Positions 28,597 through 39,640 of a stretch of 64,000 bases of DNA are shown in pieces. The notes under the pieces are model-generated. The model was not told the origin of the DNA. It was given only the letters and a program-made list of their open reading frames with translations, and ran no database searches. Position 1 is the stretch's first letter. The number at the start of each line of letters is the position of its first letter. The translations under genes were made by a program, and so were the position numbers. The DNA comes from an uncultured Oscillospiraceae bacterium (GTDB taxonomy: Bacteria > Bacillota > Clostridia > Oscillospirales > Ruminococcaceae): the NCBI GenBank assembly GCA_904397845.1, contig CAJFOX010000032.1, forward strand, positions 130 through 64,129, read 5' to 3'.

Positions 28597-29307
28597 ATGA
28601 AAAAGCTGGAACAGTTGTATGAAGGAAAGGCGAAAAAAGTATTCAAGACCGACGATCCCAACCTGTATATTGTGGACTATAAAGATGACGCCACCGCTTT
28701 TAACGGCCAGAAAAAGGGAACCATCGAAGGGAAGGGCATTATTAATAACCGGGTGTCCAACCATTTGATGAAAATGCTGGAGAAAAACGGGATTCCCACC
28801 CATCTGGTAGAGGAAATCTCTGACCGGGAAACCGTGGTAAAAAAAGTGACCATCATTCCGCTGGAGGTTATTATCCGCAACATCGCCGCCGGATCCCTGT
28901 CCAAACGGCTGGGCCTGGAGGAAGGGACCAAGCTGAAGCACACTGTGCTGGAATACTGCTATAAAGACGACGCGCTGGGCGATCCGTTGGTCAACGACTA
29001 CCATATCTACGCGATGGGCATTGCGACCAAGGAAGAACTGGATCTGATTGCGGAATATTCCTTTAAAATCAATAAGCTGCTGAGCGATTACCTGAAGGAT
29101 CTGAACATTGAACTGATCGACTATAAGATTGAATTCGGAAAAACCCCCGACGGCACCATCATCCTGGCGGATGAGATTTCTCCGGATACCTGCCGTTTCT
29201 GGGACAGCAATACCGGTGAAAAGCTGGATAAAGACCGTTTCCGCAGAGATCTGGGCAACGTGGAGGGCGCGTATCATGAAATCATGAAACGTCTGTTGGG
29301 GGAATAA
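28597..29307 (+). CDS. purC: SAICAR synthase
   Basis: Trimmed to ATG 28597 (GGAGGAG upstream). [35 protein letters not shown]...[14 protein letters not shown] is PurC. Confidence 0.95.
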   Translation: MKKLEQLYEGKAKKVFKTDDPNLYIVDYKDDATAFNGQKKGTIEGKGIINNRVSNHLMKMLEKNGIPTHLVEEISDRETVVKKVTIIPLEVIIRNIAAGSLSKRLGLEEGTKLKHTVLEYCYKDDALGDPLVNDYHIYAMGIATKEELDLIAEYSFKINKLLSDYLKDLNIELIDYKIEFGKTPDGTIILADEISPDTCRFWDSNTGEKLDKDRFRRDLGNVEGAYHEIMKRLLGE

Positions 29308-29375
29308 TCCAAACGGACACAAACTGGCAGGGCCGGGCAACGCCGGCCCTGCTCACAGTTCGGGAGAAAAGAAGT

Positions 29376-30803
29376 ATGCAAAACGAAATTCACGAAGAAT
29401 GCGGCGTTTTTGGCATCTATGACAAAGAAAGCAGGAGCGATGTGGCGGCAAACGCCTACTATGCGCTGTTCGCTTTGCAGCACCGGGGGCAGGAGAGCTG
29501 CGGCATTGCGGTCAACGACAGCGGGGTGATCAGTGTCCATAAGGATCTGGGCCTGGTGCGGGACGTGTTTACCAAGGAGCATTTGACACAGCTGGGGCGT
29601 GGGCAGATTGCAGTGGGGCATACCCGGTATTCCACCACTGGCGCGGTCAGCCGGGCAAACGCGCAGCCGCTGGTAGTGCGCCATGTAAAAGGGCAGATGG
29701 CGCTGGCCCACAACGGCAACCTGACAAACGCGGCGGAGCTGCGCCGCCAGTTGGAGCTGTCCGGCGCTATCTTCCACACCACGAATGATTCGGAGGTTAT
29801 CTCCTATATTATTACCCGGGAAAGGCTGAGTACACCATCCATTGAAAAGGCGGTGGAGCAGGCGATGTTCCGGCTGGAGGGTGCGTACAGCCTGGTGATT
29901 ATGTCCCCGCAAAAGCTGATTGCCGCCCGGGATGCCACCGGTTTTCGGCCACTGTGCATGGGCCGCCTGCCGGAGGGACAGATTGTTTTTGCTTCCGAAA
30001 CCTGTGCGCTGGACAGCATTGGCGCGGTATTTGTCCGGGATGTGGAAGCGGGAGAAATTGTAGTAGTGGATGAAAATGGGGTACGCAGTATCCGCACCCA
30101 CTGTAGGGGAAAGGCTCACACCTGCGTATTTGAATTTGTTTATTTCGCCCGGCCCGACTCGGTAATCGAGGGGAAATCCGTTCATGAGGCACGCTGTCAG
30201 GCGGGCCGTTTTCTGGCCAAAGAGCATCCGGTAGAAGCGGATGTCGTCATCGGCGTGCCGGATTCCGGCCTTGACGCAGCGCTGGGCTATGCGGAGGAGT
30301 CGGGAATCCCTTATGGTATGGGATTTGTAAAAAACCGCTATATCGCCCGGACGTTTATCCAGCCGGAGCAGGGTCAGCGGGAAAACTCGGTGCGCATCAA
30401 GCTCAATGCGCTGGCATCGGTGGTCAAAGGCAAACGGGTGGTTATGGTGGACGATTCCATTGTCCGCGGCACCACCAGCGCCCGGATCGTGACCCTTTTG
30501 CGGGACGCAGGCGCTACCGAGGTTCATGTGCGGGTATCCGCCCCCCCGTTTATCAGCCCCTGCTATTATGGTACTGACATCGACTCCAAGGAAAACCTGA
30601 TTGCCTGCCAGATGAGCGAACAGGAGATTTGCCGGGTGATTGGTGCAGATTCGCTGGGATATCTGAGCGTAGAGGGGGTCCGGCATATTGCCGACGGCGC
30701 CCGCTGCGACTTCTGTTGCGGCTGTTTTACCGGGGAATACCCGGCGGCAACGCCGAAGGAAATGGACAAATCCAAATTTGAACAGAAGATCAAAAAAGCA
30801 TGA
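29376..30803 (+). CDS. purF: amidophosphoribosyltransferase
   Basis: HEECGVFGIYD...LQHRGQESCGIA...GHTRYSTTG...DDSIVRGTTS is PurF (Ntn Cys plus PRT motif). C-terminal Cys residues fit the Fe-S type. Confidence 0.96.
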   Translation: MQNEIHEECGVFGIYDKESRSDVAANAYYALFALQHRGQESCGIAVNDSGVISVHKDLGLVRDVFTKEHLTQLGRGQIAVGHTRYSTTGAVSRANAQPLVVRHVKGQMALAHNGNLTNAAELRRQLELSGAIFHTTNDSEVISYIITRERLSTPSIEKAVEQAMFRLEGAYSLVIMSPQKLIAARDATGFRPLCMGRLPEGQIVFASETCALDSIGAVFVRDVEAGEIVVVDENGVRSIRTHCRGKAHTCVFEFVYFARPDSVIEGKSVHEARCQAGRFLAKEHPVEADVVIGVPDSGLDAALGYAEESGIPYGMGFVKNRYIARTFIQPEQGQRENSVRIKLNALASVVKGKRVVMVDDSIVRGTTSARIVTLLRDAGATEVHVRVSAPPFISPCYYGTDIDSKENLIACQMSEQEICRVIGADSLGYLSVEGVRHIADGARCDFCCGCFTGEYPAATPKEMDKSKFEQKIKKA

Positions 30804-30927
30804 AAAAAGCCGCTTCTGCGGCTTGGGCAGAAAGCGGAACGGCCTGCCGCGATGGCGGGATGATACGGTTTGCCGCTTTGCCTGTAACGGATTATAATAC
30901 CGCCGCTTATTCTGCGGCGCAAACAGA

Positions 30928-31983
30928 ATGGAGCGTATTGATTTTATGGAAAAGAGCTTTAGCGACAGCTATAAGGCCGCAGGCGTGGATGTAACCGCCG
31001 GATACAAGGCGGTGGAATTGATGAAAGCCCATGTGGCCCGCACGCAGACCGCAGGCAGCCTTTCCGGCATCGGCGGTTTTGGCGGGCTGTTTGAACTGGA
31101 TCTGACCGGCATGGAAAAACCGGTGCTGGTTTCCGGTACCGACGGCGTGGGAACCAAGCTGAAACTGGCTTTTCTTTTGAACAAGCATGACACGGTAGGC
31201 ATCGACTGCGTAGCCATGTGCGTCAATGATATCATCTGCGCCGGGGCCAAGCCGCTGGTCTTTTTGGACTATGTGGCGGTGGGGAAAAATTATCCGGAAA
31301 AAGTAGCGCAGATCGTTTCCGGCGTGGCAGAAGGCTGCGTACAGGCGGGCTGCGCTCTGGTAGGCGGCGAAACTGCTGAAATGCCCGGCTTTTATCCGGA
31401 AGACGAATATGACCTGGCGGGATTCTCGGTTGGCGCGGTGGACAAATCTAAAATTTTGGACATGAACACCATAGAAGAAGGAGACGTGATCATTGGATTG
31501 GCGTCTTCCGGCGTCCATTCCAACGGGTTCAGCCTGGTGCGCAAGGTGTTTGATGTAGAACACAGCGATCTGAGCGCTTATGCCGACCGGCTGGGAAAAC
31601 CGCTGGGAGAAGAACTGTTGACCCCCACCCGGATTTATGTCAAACCGATCCTTAAGCTGCTGGAGCAAGTAAAGGTCAAATCCATCTCCCATATCACCGG
31701 CGGCGGATTTTATGAGAATATTCCGCGGGCAGTTCCCCAGGGCTTCCAGGCCGTGATTGACCGGGATGCGGTGGATGTGCTGCCGATCTTCCGGCTGATT
31801 CAGGAGGTTGGCAACATTCCGGAACGGGATATGTTCAACACCTTTAACATGGGGATTGGCATGTGCGTTGTCGTCGGGAAAGAGGACGCGGACAAAGCGG
31901 TGGAGATTCTCTGTGCCTGTGGGGAAAAAGCTAAGAGGATCGGCGAAATCCAAAAAGGCGAGCATACCGTCTCCTTTCGGTAA
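30928..31983 (+). CDS. purM: AIR synthase
   Basis: [13 protein letters not shown]...GGFGGLF...[14 protein letters not shown]...[10 protein letters not shown] is PurM. The start may be ATG 30946 instead. Confidence 0.95.
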   Translation: MERIDFMEKSFSDSYKAAGVDVTAGYKAVELMKAHVARTQTAGSLSGIGGFGGLFELDLTGMEKPVLVSGTDGVGTKLKLAFLLNKHDTVGIDCVAMCVNDIICAGAKPLVFLDYVAVGKNYPEKVAQIVSGVAEGCVQAGCALVGGETAEMPGFYPEDEYDLAGFSVGAVDKSKILDMNTIEEGDVIIGLASSGVHSNGFSLVRKVFDVEHSDLSAYADRLGKPLGEELLTPTRIYVKPILKLLEQVKVKSISHITGGGFYENIPRAVPQGFQAVIDRDAVDVLPIFRLIQEVGNIPERDMFNTFNMGIGMCVVVGKEDADKAVEILCACGEKAKRIGEIQKGEHTVSFR

Positions 31984-31995
31984 GGGGGTGAGGGT

Positions 31996-32604
31996 ATGAT
32001 CAAAATTGCGGTGCTGGTTTCCGGCGGCGGAACCAATCTGCAGGCGCTGATCGACGCGCAGAAGGCGGGGGCGTTTCCCAATGGGGAAATCGTACTGGTG
32101 ATGGCATCCAACCAGAAAGCATATGCGCTGGAGCGGGCGAAAAACGCGGGGATCGAATCGGTGGTGGTGAGCCGGAAAAGCTTTGCCGATCCGGCAGATT
32201 ATGACCGGGTTGTGGTGGAAACACTGCAAAGCCGCGGCATTGAACTGGTGGTACTGGCGGGATTTTTGAGCATCCTGGGCAAACCTGTGATCGACGCGTA
32301 CCCGGGGAGAATCCTCAATATCCACCCGTCGTTGATTCCGTCTTTCTGCGGTGCCGGGTTCTATGGACTGCGGGTTCATCAGGCGGCGCTGGATTATGGG
32401 GTAAAAGTCACCGGCGCAACGGTCCATCTGGTCAACGAAATCCCCGACGGCGGACGGATTTTGCTGCAAAAGGCGGTGGATGTGTTGCCTGATGATACGC
32501 CGGAGACATTGCAGCGGCGTGTCATGGAGCAGGCAGAGTGGAAGCTGCTGCCGCAGGCGGTGGCTATGTTGTGCGAACAGCTGGAGCAGGAAAAAAAGAG
32601 CTGA
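31996..32604 (+). CDS. purN: GAR formyltransferase
   Basis: IAVLVSGGGTNLQALIDA...LAGFLSILG...ILNIHPSLIPSF.G...VTGATVHLV is PurN. Confidence 0.95.
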   Translation: MIKIAVLVSGGGTNLQALIDAQKAGAFPNGEIVLVMASNQKAYALERAKNAGIESVVVSRKSFADPADYDRVVVETLQSRGIELVVLAGFLSILGKPVIDAYPGRILNIHPSLIPSFCGAGFYGLRVHQAALDYGVKVTGATVHLVNEIPDGGRILLQKAVDVLPDDTPETLQRRVMEQAEWKLLPQAVAMLCEQLEQEKKS

Positions 32605-32659
32605 TCAATACAATTTGTGTTTTTAGCTGATATGATACATCTGGAAAGGGGCAAATGGG

Positions 32660-33361
32660 ATGAAAGCGATGAATTTGTACGAATATCTTTCCGGCAACGA
32701 ATATCCCGGACGGGGGATTGTGCTGGGTCGGTCCGCAGATGGGAACAACATGCTGATCGGATATTTTATCATGGGCCGGAGCGAAAACAGCCGCAACCGG
32801 GTTTTTGTCACTGAAGGGGACGGCATTCGCACCGAGGCGTTTGATCCGGCCAAGCTGTCCGACCCATCTTTGATTATTTACTCGCCGGTTCGAGTACTGG
32901 GCAAAAGCACCATTGTGACCAACGGCGACCAGACAGACACCATCTATGATTTTATGGCGAAGGGCATGAGTTTTGAGGATGCCCTTCGCACCCGGACCTT
33001 TGAACCGGACGGACCCAATTTTACCCCCCGTATTTCCGGTACCGTCCGCGGTGCGGGCTATCAGCTTTCCATCTTGAAAAGCGCCGGGGGGAATCCGGAC
33101 GCAGTGCATCGCTTTTTCTTTGACTATACGGACGCTCTGCCCGGACAGGGCCATGTGATCCATACCTACCGGGAAAATGGCGACCCCATCCCTTCCTTTG
33201 AGGGAGAGCCGGTGCTGGTGGAAATGACCGATGAGTTTGAAGCATTTGGTGAAAAGCTGTGGTGTGCGCTCAATGCGGACAACAAGGTTTCGCTGTTTGT
33301 GCGATCGATTGATCTGTCCACTGGCAAAACCGAGACGAAAATTTATAACAAGAACAAATAA
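32660..33361 (+). CDS. IMP cyclohydrolase, PurO-like (stand-alone)
   Basis: YPGRGIVLGRSADGNNMLIGYFIMGRSENSRNRVF resembles the archaeal-type IMP cyclohydrolase family. Located inside the pur operon, before the AICARFT gene. Confidence 0.8.
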   Translation: MKAMNLYEYLSGNEYPGRGIVLGRSADGNNMLIGYFIMGRSENSRNRVFVTEGDGIRTEAFDPAKLSDPSLIIYSPVRVLGKSTIVTNGDQTDTIYDFMAKGMSFEDALRTRTFEPDGPNFTPRISGTVRGAGYQLSILKSAGGNPDAVHRFFFDYTDALPGQGHVIHTYRENGDPIPSFEGEPVLVEMTDEFEAFGEKLWCALNADNKVSLFVRSIDLSTGKTETKIYNKNK

Positions 33362-33373
33362 GGAGGCAGAATT

Positions 33374-34552
33374 ATGGCGAAAGAACTGGAGTTAAAATAC
33401 GGCTGTAATCCCAATCAAAAGCCTTCCCGTATTTTTATGGCTGATGGCAGTGAATTGCCGATCGAGGTGCTCAACGGAAAACCGGGATACATCAACTTTT
33501 TAGACGCCTTTAACAGCTGGCAGCTGGTGAAAGAATTGAAAGAAGCGACCGGTCTGCCGGCAGCGGCGTCGTTTAAACATGTCAGCCCTGCGGGCGCCGC
33601 GGTAGGTCTGCCTTTGACCGATGTGCTGCGGAAAATTTATTTCACCGGCGATCAGCCGTTGTCTGCGCTGGCCTGTGCATACGCCCGCGCCCGCGGCGCT
33701 GACCGTATGAGTTCCTACGGCGACTTTATTGCGCTGTCAGATGTCTGTGATGCCGATACCGCGAATCTGATCCACAAGGAAGTTTCAGATGGGATCATCG
33801 CTCCTGGCTATACTGACGAAGCGTTGCAGATTCTCAAATCCAAGCGTAAAGGCACCTATAACATCATCAAAATCGATCCGGAGTATGTGCCCGCTAAAAT
33901 TGAGCACAAGCAGGTTTACGGCGTGACTTTTGAGCAGGGCCGCAACGATTTGAAGATCGACAGCGAAATGCTGAAACATATCGTAACAGAGAATAAGAAT
34001 TTGCCGGAAGAGGCGAAAATCGATCTGGTAATTTCTTTGATTACCCTCAAATACACCCAATCCAACTCGGTTTGCTATGCCAAGGGCGGACAGGTCATTG
34101 GTGTAGGCGCGGGCCAGCAGTCCCGCATTCACTGTACCCGCCTGGCAGGCAATAAGGCGGATGTCTGGTATCTGCGCCAGCATAAAAAAGTATTGGAGCT
34201 GCCTTTTAAAGAAAAAATCCGCCGGGCTGACCGGGACAATACCATCGATGTATATATTTCGGATGATTATATGGATGTGCTGGCCGACGGCGTTTGGGAG
34301 CAGTTTTTTACCGAAAAACCCGAGCCGCTGACCCGCGAGGAAAAACGTGCCTGGCTGGACACCATGACCGGCGTATCTCTGGGTTCGGATGCATTCTTCC
34401 CCTTTGGCGACAATATTGAGCGGGCCCATAAGAGCGGTGTGGCATATATTGCGCAGCCTGGCGGATCCATCCGGGACGACAATGTGATCGATACCTGCAA
34501 CAAGTATGGGATTGCCATGGCATTCACTGGCATTCGCCTGTTCCATCATTAA
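33374..34552 (+). CDS. purH: AICAR formyltransferase (PurH C-terminal-domain-only form)
   Basis: LKYGCNPNQKP...ASFKHVSPAGAAVG...GGQVIGVGAGQQSRIHCTRLA...LGSDAFFPF is the AICARFT domain. No MGS-like cyclohydrolase domain is present. Confidence 0.9.
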   Translation: MAKELELKYGCNPNQKPSRIFMADGSELPIEVLNGKPGYINFLDAFNSWQLVKELKEATGLPAAASFKHVSPAGAAVGLPLTDVLRKIYFTGDQPLSALACAYARARGADRMSSYGDFIALSDVCDADTANLIHKEVSDGIIAPGYTDEALQILKSKRKGTYNIIKIDPEYVPAKIEHKQVYGVTFEQGRNDLKIDSEMLKHIVTENKNLPEEAKIDLVISLITLKYTQSNSVCYAKGGQVIGVGAGQQSRIHCTRLAGNKADVWYLRQHKKVLELPFKEKIRRADRDNTIDVYISDDYMDVLADGVWEQFFTEKPEPLTREEKRAWLDTMTGVSLGSDAFFPFGDNIERAHKSGVAYIAQPGGSIRDDNVIDTCNKYGIAMAFTGIRLFHH

Positions 34553-34571
34553 TCATCAGGAGGGGAGCAGC

Positions 34572-35834
34572 ATGAAAGTTTTAGTAGTCGGTTCCGGCGG
34601 CCGGGAACATGCGGTAATCCGAAAACTGGCGGAAAACCCGGAGATCGACCGCATTTTTTGCGCGCCAGGCAACGGCGGCATCAGCGTACAAGCCCAGTTG
34701 GTGGAAATAAAGGCTACCGACGTGGAGGGGATGGTCGCATTTGCGAAAAAAGAGGGGATTGACTTTGTTGTTGTCACCCCGGATGATCCGCTGGTGCTGG
34801 GAATGGCCGACGCGATGGAAGAGGCGGGGATCCCCGCTTTTGGACCCAGCAAAAAAGCGGCCCAGATCGAGGGCAGCAAGGTTTTCGCCAAAAATCTGAT
34901 GAAGAAATACGGGATCCCCACCGCGAAATACGAAGTATTCGACGATCCGTCTCAAGTGATTGCGTATATTGAGCGGGAAAATCAGTTCCCGGCGGTCATC
35001 AAGGCCGATGGGCTGGCTCTGGGCAAAGGGGTGGTGATCGCCCGAAATTTGGCAGAGGCCAAAGAGGCGGTCCACTCTATCATGGAGGATAAAATCTTTG
35101 GCAAAAGCGGCAATCAGGTGGTGGTAGAGGAATTTTTGACCGGCAAAGAAGTTTCGGTTCTGGCCTTTACCGACTCCCACACAATTTCGCCCATGATATC
35201 CTCCATGGATCACAAACGGGTTTACGACAATGACGAAGGGCCGAATACCGGCGGCATGGGGACCATCGCTCCCAGCCCCTACTATACGCCGGAAGTAGCC
35301 AAGCGCTGTATGGAAGAGATTTTTCTTCCTACGATGGAAGCCATGAAAAAAGAGGGACGCCCTTTTAAAGGCTGTTTGTATTTTGGTTTGATTTTGACCG
35401 AACGGGGCCCGAAGGTGATCGAATACAACTGCCGATTCGGCGATCCCGAAACGCAGGTGGTGCTGCCGCTTTTAAAAACCGATCTGTTCACCATTATGCG
35501 TGCGGTGCGGGACGAGCGCCTGGGCGAAGTGGACATCCAGTGGTCGACCGGCGCAGCGGCCTGTGTGGTACTGGCCAGCGGCGGTTATCCTAAAAAATAC
35601 GAGACCGGACTTCCCATTGAGGGGTTGGATGAAAACGGAGGACATCCCGGCGTGATCGTGTATCATGCAGGCACCAAAAAACAGGACGGCAGATTCCTGA
35701 CTGCCGGCGGCCGGGTGCTGGGCGTGACCGGCCTGGGAGAAACTTTGCCGCAGGCGCTGGAAAAAGCCTATGGTGCGGTGAGGGAAATTACCTTTAAAAA
35801 CGCTCATTATCGTACTGACATCGGCAAAAAATAG
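34572..35834 (+). CDS. purD: GAR synthetase
   Basis: Trimmed to ATG 34572 (AGGAGGGGA upstream). MKVLVVGSGGREHA...APGNGG...IKADGLALGKGV...NCRFGDPETQ is PurD. Confidence 0.96.
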   Translation: MKVLVVGSGGREHAVIRKLAENPEIDRIFCAPGNGGISVQAQLVEIKATDVEGMVAFAKKEGIDFVVVTPDDPLVLGMADAMEEAGIPAFGPSKKAAQIEGSKVFAKNLMKKYGIPTAKYEVFDDPSQVIAYIERENQFPAVIKADGLALGKGVVIARNLAEAKEAVHSIMEDKIFGKSGNQVVVEEFLTGKEVSVLAFTDSHTISPMISSMDHKRVYDNDEGPNTGGMGTIAPSPYYTPEVAKRCMEEIFLPTMEAMKKEGRPFKGCLYFGLILTERGPKVIEYNCRFGDPETQVVLPLLKTDLFTIMRAVRDERLGEVDIQWSTGAAACVVLASGGYPKKYETGLPIEGLDENGGHPGVIVYHAGTKKQDGRFLTAGGRVLGVTGLGETLPQALEKAYGAVREITFKNAHYRTDIGKK

Positions 35835-35844
35835 GAGAGAGAAT

Positions 35845-38800
35845 ATGGCAGTTTATCGTTGTTTTGTAGAAAAGAAGAAGCCCTTTGCCGTAGAGGCTGC
35901 AGGGGTTCTGAGCGATCTTCGCACCGCCTTGCGCACAGAGGATATTACCGGCGTTCGGGTGCTCAACCGCTACGACATTGAGAATATTGACGAATCGGAT
36001 TACCATATGGCCCAGAAGACCATCCTGTCCGAGCCGCAGGTGGACGATATTTACGAGGAAACCGCCCCAGCGCCGGGGTCGGATGAATGGGTGCTGGCAG
36101 TGGAATACCTGCCCGGCCAGTTTGACCAGCGGGCCGATTCCTGTGCCCAGTGCATTCAGCTTTCCACCTGCAAGGAGCGCCCGGAGGTTAAGACTGCACG
36201 AGTATACTACATCAGGGGAAAGCTTTCCGACGAAGAAAAACTGAAAATCAAGGAAGCCCTGATTAACCCTGTGGAAGCCAGAGAAGCGGACATGGAAAAA
36301 CCCGCTACCATCAAGCAAAATTATGCCAAGCCGGATCCGGTTGCAGTGCTGGATGGTTTTAATGATCTGGATAGAGAGGGCTTGGATGAATTTATCAAGC
36401 AATATGGCCTGGCAATGGATCTGGACGACATCGCTTTCTGCCAGCAGTATTTTAAAAATGAGGAGAAACGTTGCCCTACCATCACCGAAATCCGGATGAT
36501 CGATACCTATTGGTCCGACCATTGCCGGCACACGACCTTCGGCACAATCATCGAAGATGTGGACATTCAGCCGGATTATATCCGGGAAACCTATGAAAAC
36601 TATCTGGAATTGCGCAAGACCCTGTATGCGGGGCGGAACGACAAACCAGTGACACTGATGGATCTTGCGACCATTGGCACCAAGGTGCTCAAGGCCGCTG
36701 GGAAAATGCATGATTTGGACGAGTCGGAAGAGATCAATGCCTGCTCGGTCAAGATCAAGGTGGACGTGGATGGCGAAGAGCAGGACTGGCTTTTGATGTT
36801 TAAAAACGAGACCCACAACCATCCTACTGAGATTGAGCCCTTCGGCGGTGCAGCTACCTGCTTGGGCGGCGCGATCCGCGATCCGCTGTCGGGCCGCAGT
36901 TATGTGTATCAGGCTATGCGCGTGACCGGCGCGGCGGACCCACTGCTGCCGGTGGATCAGACCATGAAAGGCAAACTGCCCCAGCGAAAAATCGTTACCA
37001 CTGCGGCGGCAGGGTACAGCTCCTACGGCAACCAGATTGGTTTGGCGACTGGCCATGTAACGGAGATTTACCATCCGGGCTATGTGGCCAAACGCATGGA
37101 GATCGGCGCGGTGCTGGGCGCGGCTCCCCGGGAAAACGTAATCCGCCAACGGCCTGAGCCTTCTGATGTGGTGATTCTGCTGGGCGGACGTACTGGCCGT
37201 GACGGGTGTGGCGGCGCGACTGGATCCTCCAAGTCCCATACCTTGGAATCGCTGGAAACCTGCGGTGCAGAGGTACAGAAGGGTAACGCGCCGGAGGAGC
37301 GTAAGCTCCAGCGGCTGTTCCGCAATGCAAAGGCAACCCGGCTGATTAAACGCTGCAACGATTTCGGCGCGGGCGGGGTATCGGTGGCCATTGGCGAATT
37401 GGCTGATGGACTGCATATCAATTTGAGCAAGGTACCAAAAAAATACGAAGGATTAGACGGTACGGAACTTGCCATCAGTGAATCCCAGGAACGCATGGCG
37501 GTTGTTGTGGCAAAAGAAGATGTGGAAAAGTTCCAAGCGCTGGCTTCTACTGAAAACCTGGAATCCACTGTGGTAGCCGAGGTCACCGCAGAACCCCGTT
37601 TGGTAATGGAACTGGATGGCCGGATAATCGTAAACCTCTCCAGAACATTTTTAAATTCCAACGGGGCGAAAAAATTTACCTCTGTATCCGTGCCGGAGCC
37701 AGTGCAAGAAGTGGAAACGCTGGAATATCTGGATTTTGGCACCCGTATGGAAAGATTGGCGGGAGATCTCAACATCTGCTCCCAAAAGGGGCTGGTCGAA
37801 CGGTTTGATTCTACCATTGGCGCAGGCACAGTACTGATGCCGTTCGGCGGCAAATGGCAGCTGACTCCGTCTCAGGCGATGGCGGCCAAGATTCCGGTGC
37901 TGGATGGAGAAACTACGACCTGTTCTCTGATGGGATGGGGGTTTGACCCATATTTGTCCAGCCGCAGTCCGTATCATGGGGCCATGATGGCGGTGATCGA
38001 GTCGGTGGCTAAAATCGTAGCAGCCGGCGGCAGCGCCAAAAACTGCTGGCTGACATTCCAGGAATACTTTGAGAGGACTAAGAACGATCCTAAGCGTTGG
38101 GGCAAGCCTTTTGCGGCGCTGTTGGGTGCCTTGAAGGCTCAGCTGGAGCTGGAGATTGGCTCTATCGGCGGTAAAGATTCCATGTCCGGTACTTTTGAGG
38201 ATATTGATGTACCTCCAACCCTGGTTTCGTTTGCGGTATCCACTGCAAAGGCAGACCGCGTTGTTTCTACTGAATTTAAAGGCGAAGATCATCCGGTTTA
38301 CCTGATGAAGCCTTTTTACTATCCCAATGGGCTGCCGGACTTCAGCAGCGTAAAAGCCGTATTTGAGCAGGTGGAGAACCTGATTTCCCAAGGACGGGTG
38401 CTATCTTGCTGGACGCTGGGTGCCGGCGGTGCGGCGGAAGGCATTATGAAAATGATGCTGGGAAACCAAATCGGCTTCGCACTGGATAAGACATTCAATG
38501 AAAACGAACTGTTTGCCCAGTGCTACGGCGCATTTTTGTGCGAGCTGGATAAGCCCCTGGAAATGCCCGGTTCTGCTATCCTGCTGGGCCATACCACCAA
38601 AGGATATTCCCTTAAAACCGGGTCGGCGACCATTCAGATGGACAAGCTGCAGAAGATCTATGAGGATAAGCTGCAGCCGGTCTTCCCATATCTGAGTCAA
38701 GAGGAAGAAAAGCCGGTCCAGACCTTTTCTTACGCCTGCGCGAATCCGGCCAAGGCGGCATTCAAAACGGCTAAGCCGCATGTGCTGATTCCGGTGTTCC

Positions 38801-39573
38801 CGGGCACCAACTGCGAATACGATACGGCTCGGGCTTTTGACCGAGCCGGTGCGGAGGCAGAGATCTTTGTTATTCGCAATCTGACGCCGCAGGATATCGA
38901 GGAATCGGTGCAGGCATTTCAGAAAGCGATTGCCAAAAGCCAGATTATTGCCATTCCAGGAGGTTTCTCCGGCGGCGATGAGCCGGAAGGTTCCGGCAAA
39001 TTTATCACTGCTTTTTTCCGCAATCCACAGATTAAAGAGCGGGTACACGAGCTGCTTCAAAACCGCGACGGTTTGATGTGCGGCATCTGCAATGGCTTCC
39101 AGGCGCTGATTAAGCTGGGGCTGGTTCCTTTTGGCGAGATTATCGATACCGACAGCAGCTGCCCGACGTTGACCTTCAACACCATTGGACGCCATCAGTC
39201 GATGCTGGTGCGCACCCGGGTAGCCTCCAACAAGTCCCCATGGATGATGCACAGTTGCGTAGGGGATATTCATACAGTAGCCATTTCCCATGGGGAGGGC
39301 CGATTTGTTGCTGACGAAGCACTGGTGCAGAAGTTGGCCCAAAATGGGCAGATCGCCACTCAGTATGTAGATCTGGAGGGCAATCCTACAGCCAATATTC
39401 GTTTTAATCCCAACAATTCGGTTCAGGCCGTCGAAGGAATCACCTCGCCGGATGGGCGGGTGTTCGGCAAAATGGGACATTCGGAGCGCTATGGAGAAAA
39501 CTTATACAAAAATGTTCCGGACAAAATGCCGCAGAACCTCATTTTCCAAGGCGCGGTAGATTACTACAAATAG
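35845..39573 (+). CDS. purL: FGAM synthase, large single-chain form with C-terminal glutaminase
   Basis: 1242 aa. [31 protein letters not shown] is the AIRS-like core. C-terminal [10 protein letters not shown]...[13 protein letters not shown]...HGEGRF is a triad glutaminase. Confidence 0.95.
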   Translation: [1242 protein letters not shown]

Positions 39574-39577
39574 TCAG

Positions 39578-39615
39578 GGTGCCGAGAGCGTGATCAGCTC
39601 TCGGCACCTTTGTTT
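39578..39615 (+). terminator. intrinsic terminator ending the pur operon
   Basis: GGTGCCGAGAGC-gtgatca-GCTCTCGGCACC followed by TTTGTTT. Confidence 0.85.
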
Positions 39616-39640
39616 CGGAAAGAAAAGGAGGAATACAAAA

